DNA of 64,000 nucleotides from Isurus oxyrinchus (lineage: Eukaryota): positions 100,936,001 through 101,000,000 of the forward strand of contig JANJGN010000021.1 of assembly GCA_026770705.1 (NCBI GenBank), read 5' to 3'. Shown piece by piece: positions 62,893-64,000 of this stretch. Both the position numbers and the translations under genes were made by a program. The number at the start of each line of letters is the position of its first letter. The first letter of the stretch is position 1. A model generated the notes under the pieces. It saw nothing but the letters and a program-made list of their open reading frames with translations, was not told the origin of the DNA and ran no database searches.

Positions 62893-64000
62893 GTAATATT
62901 CTTTTAACGCTCATATTTTGAGGGAGAAAAATATATTTTCTCAGTTTCTTGTCCGAGACTCGTTTCAATACAGAATTTTGTATCCATAAAGTTAAGGGAG
63001 AGAATAATTTCAATCAAACAGTTGTTCTATTTACATCCATGCCTGGAGCTAAGCTCAATTTTGTTTCCTTGAGGAATAAAGTTCATCAATTGAACTTGTA
63101 CTAACTGGCGCAAATTGCGTGGTATCAGAATAGATTATAATCCCCTCTCCCCTGTATTTTCACCTTCATTGAAGTAAATGGGAATGTAGATCAGGGTATG
63201 TAAATAGGCTTGTAATTCACTACCACTCATTTTTCCAACTAGCCACAGAAGCGAATATGAATCCAAGCCTGCTTACATGCGACCGGCTAATTTTTAACTT
63301 CTACTGGCAGCTTTGAAGCTTCAGATTGAGTCGCTCCACTCCCTAATAAGGCTGGTTCCATCTGGCCCAACTATCTATATATTTCTGTGGAGCCGGCAGT
63401 GTGTACCATACACAAGATGCACAGCAGCAACTCACCAAGGCTCCTTCGACAGCACCTTCCAAGCCACCCATAAACAAAAACAAGGACAGCAGGCGCATGG
63501 AAACACCACCACCTGCACCACCAGGGCACACGCCATCTGACTTGGAACTATATATCTGTTCCCTCAGTGTCGCTGTGTTAAAATCCTCGAACTCCCTCAC
63601 AAACCGCAGCTCACCACCACCTTAAAAAGTGCAACACTTGCTGACCCAGCCAACGATGCCCATATCCTGTGAAAGAATATCTGTCTGTCTCTATCCATCT
63701 GTCAGACTGCCACTATCCGTCTGCCACTACCCGTCTGCCACTACCCGTCTGTCTATTTATCTGTTGATCAGCCGCCTGCTTATCTACCTAACCTACCCAT
63801 TCAGCGTTTGGTTTCAGGGAAATATGTGTATAAGTGCGTTACATCATGAAAGACTTGATGAACGCATTAGAATTAGATTTTTCTGTTTCTTTCGTGATCG
63901 GGAAGCACAGACCACAGCCAGGGCTATTGTACTCTAGGTGACGCTGTTAAAGGGGGATGTCGAACTATGTGCCCATTGTAGACATGGCTACTTCCCCATT

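Overview
Vertebrate genomic DNA, repeat-rich and intron-containing, with CR1 LINEs, Deu-domain and tRNA-derived SINEs and Penelope-type fragments. This repeat content points to a cartilaginous fish (inference). The window looks like part of an MHC class III region. On the minus strand are two tandem NKp30/NCR3-like single-V-domain receptor genes, reconstructed by hand from splice sites and frame phases. Gene A (about 9977-18148) has a transmembrane Arg and a short tail, i.e. an activating type. Gene B (23099-35791) has no charged TM residue and a 4-exon cytoplasmic tail with two tyrosine motifs, i.e. a signalling/inhibitory type. On the plus strand, divergent from them, are the first six coding exons of complement C4 (54311-62892; the gene continues past the window). 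Most ORFs in the supplied track are retroelement debris or noise. Non-genic structures include an old inverted duplication whose left arm is split by a nested CR1 insertion, one clear and one possible solo LTR with target-site duplications, a Tx1/L1 fragment with a TSD, and several Penelope-type minimal hammerhead-ribozyme motifs, one with an intact core. All gene models are manual predictions with no transcript support, and repeat boundaries are approximate unless a TSD is stated.
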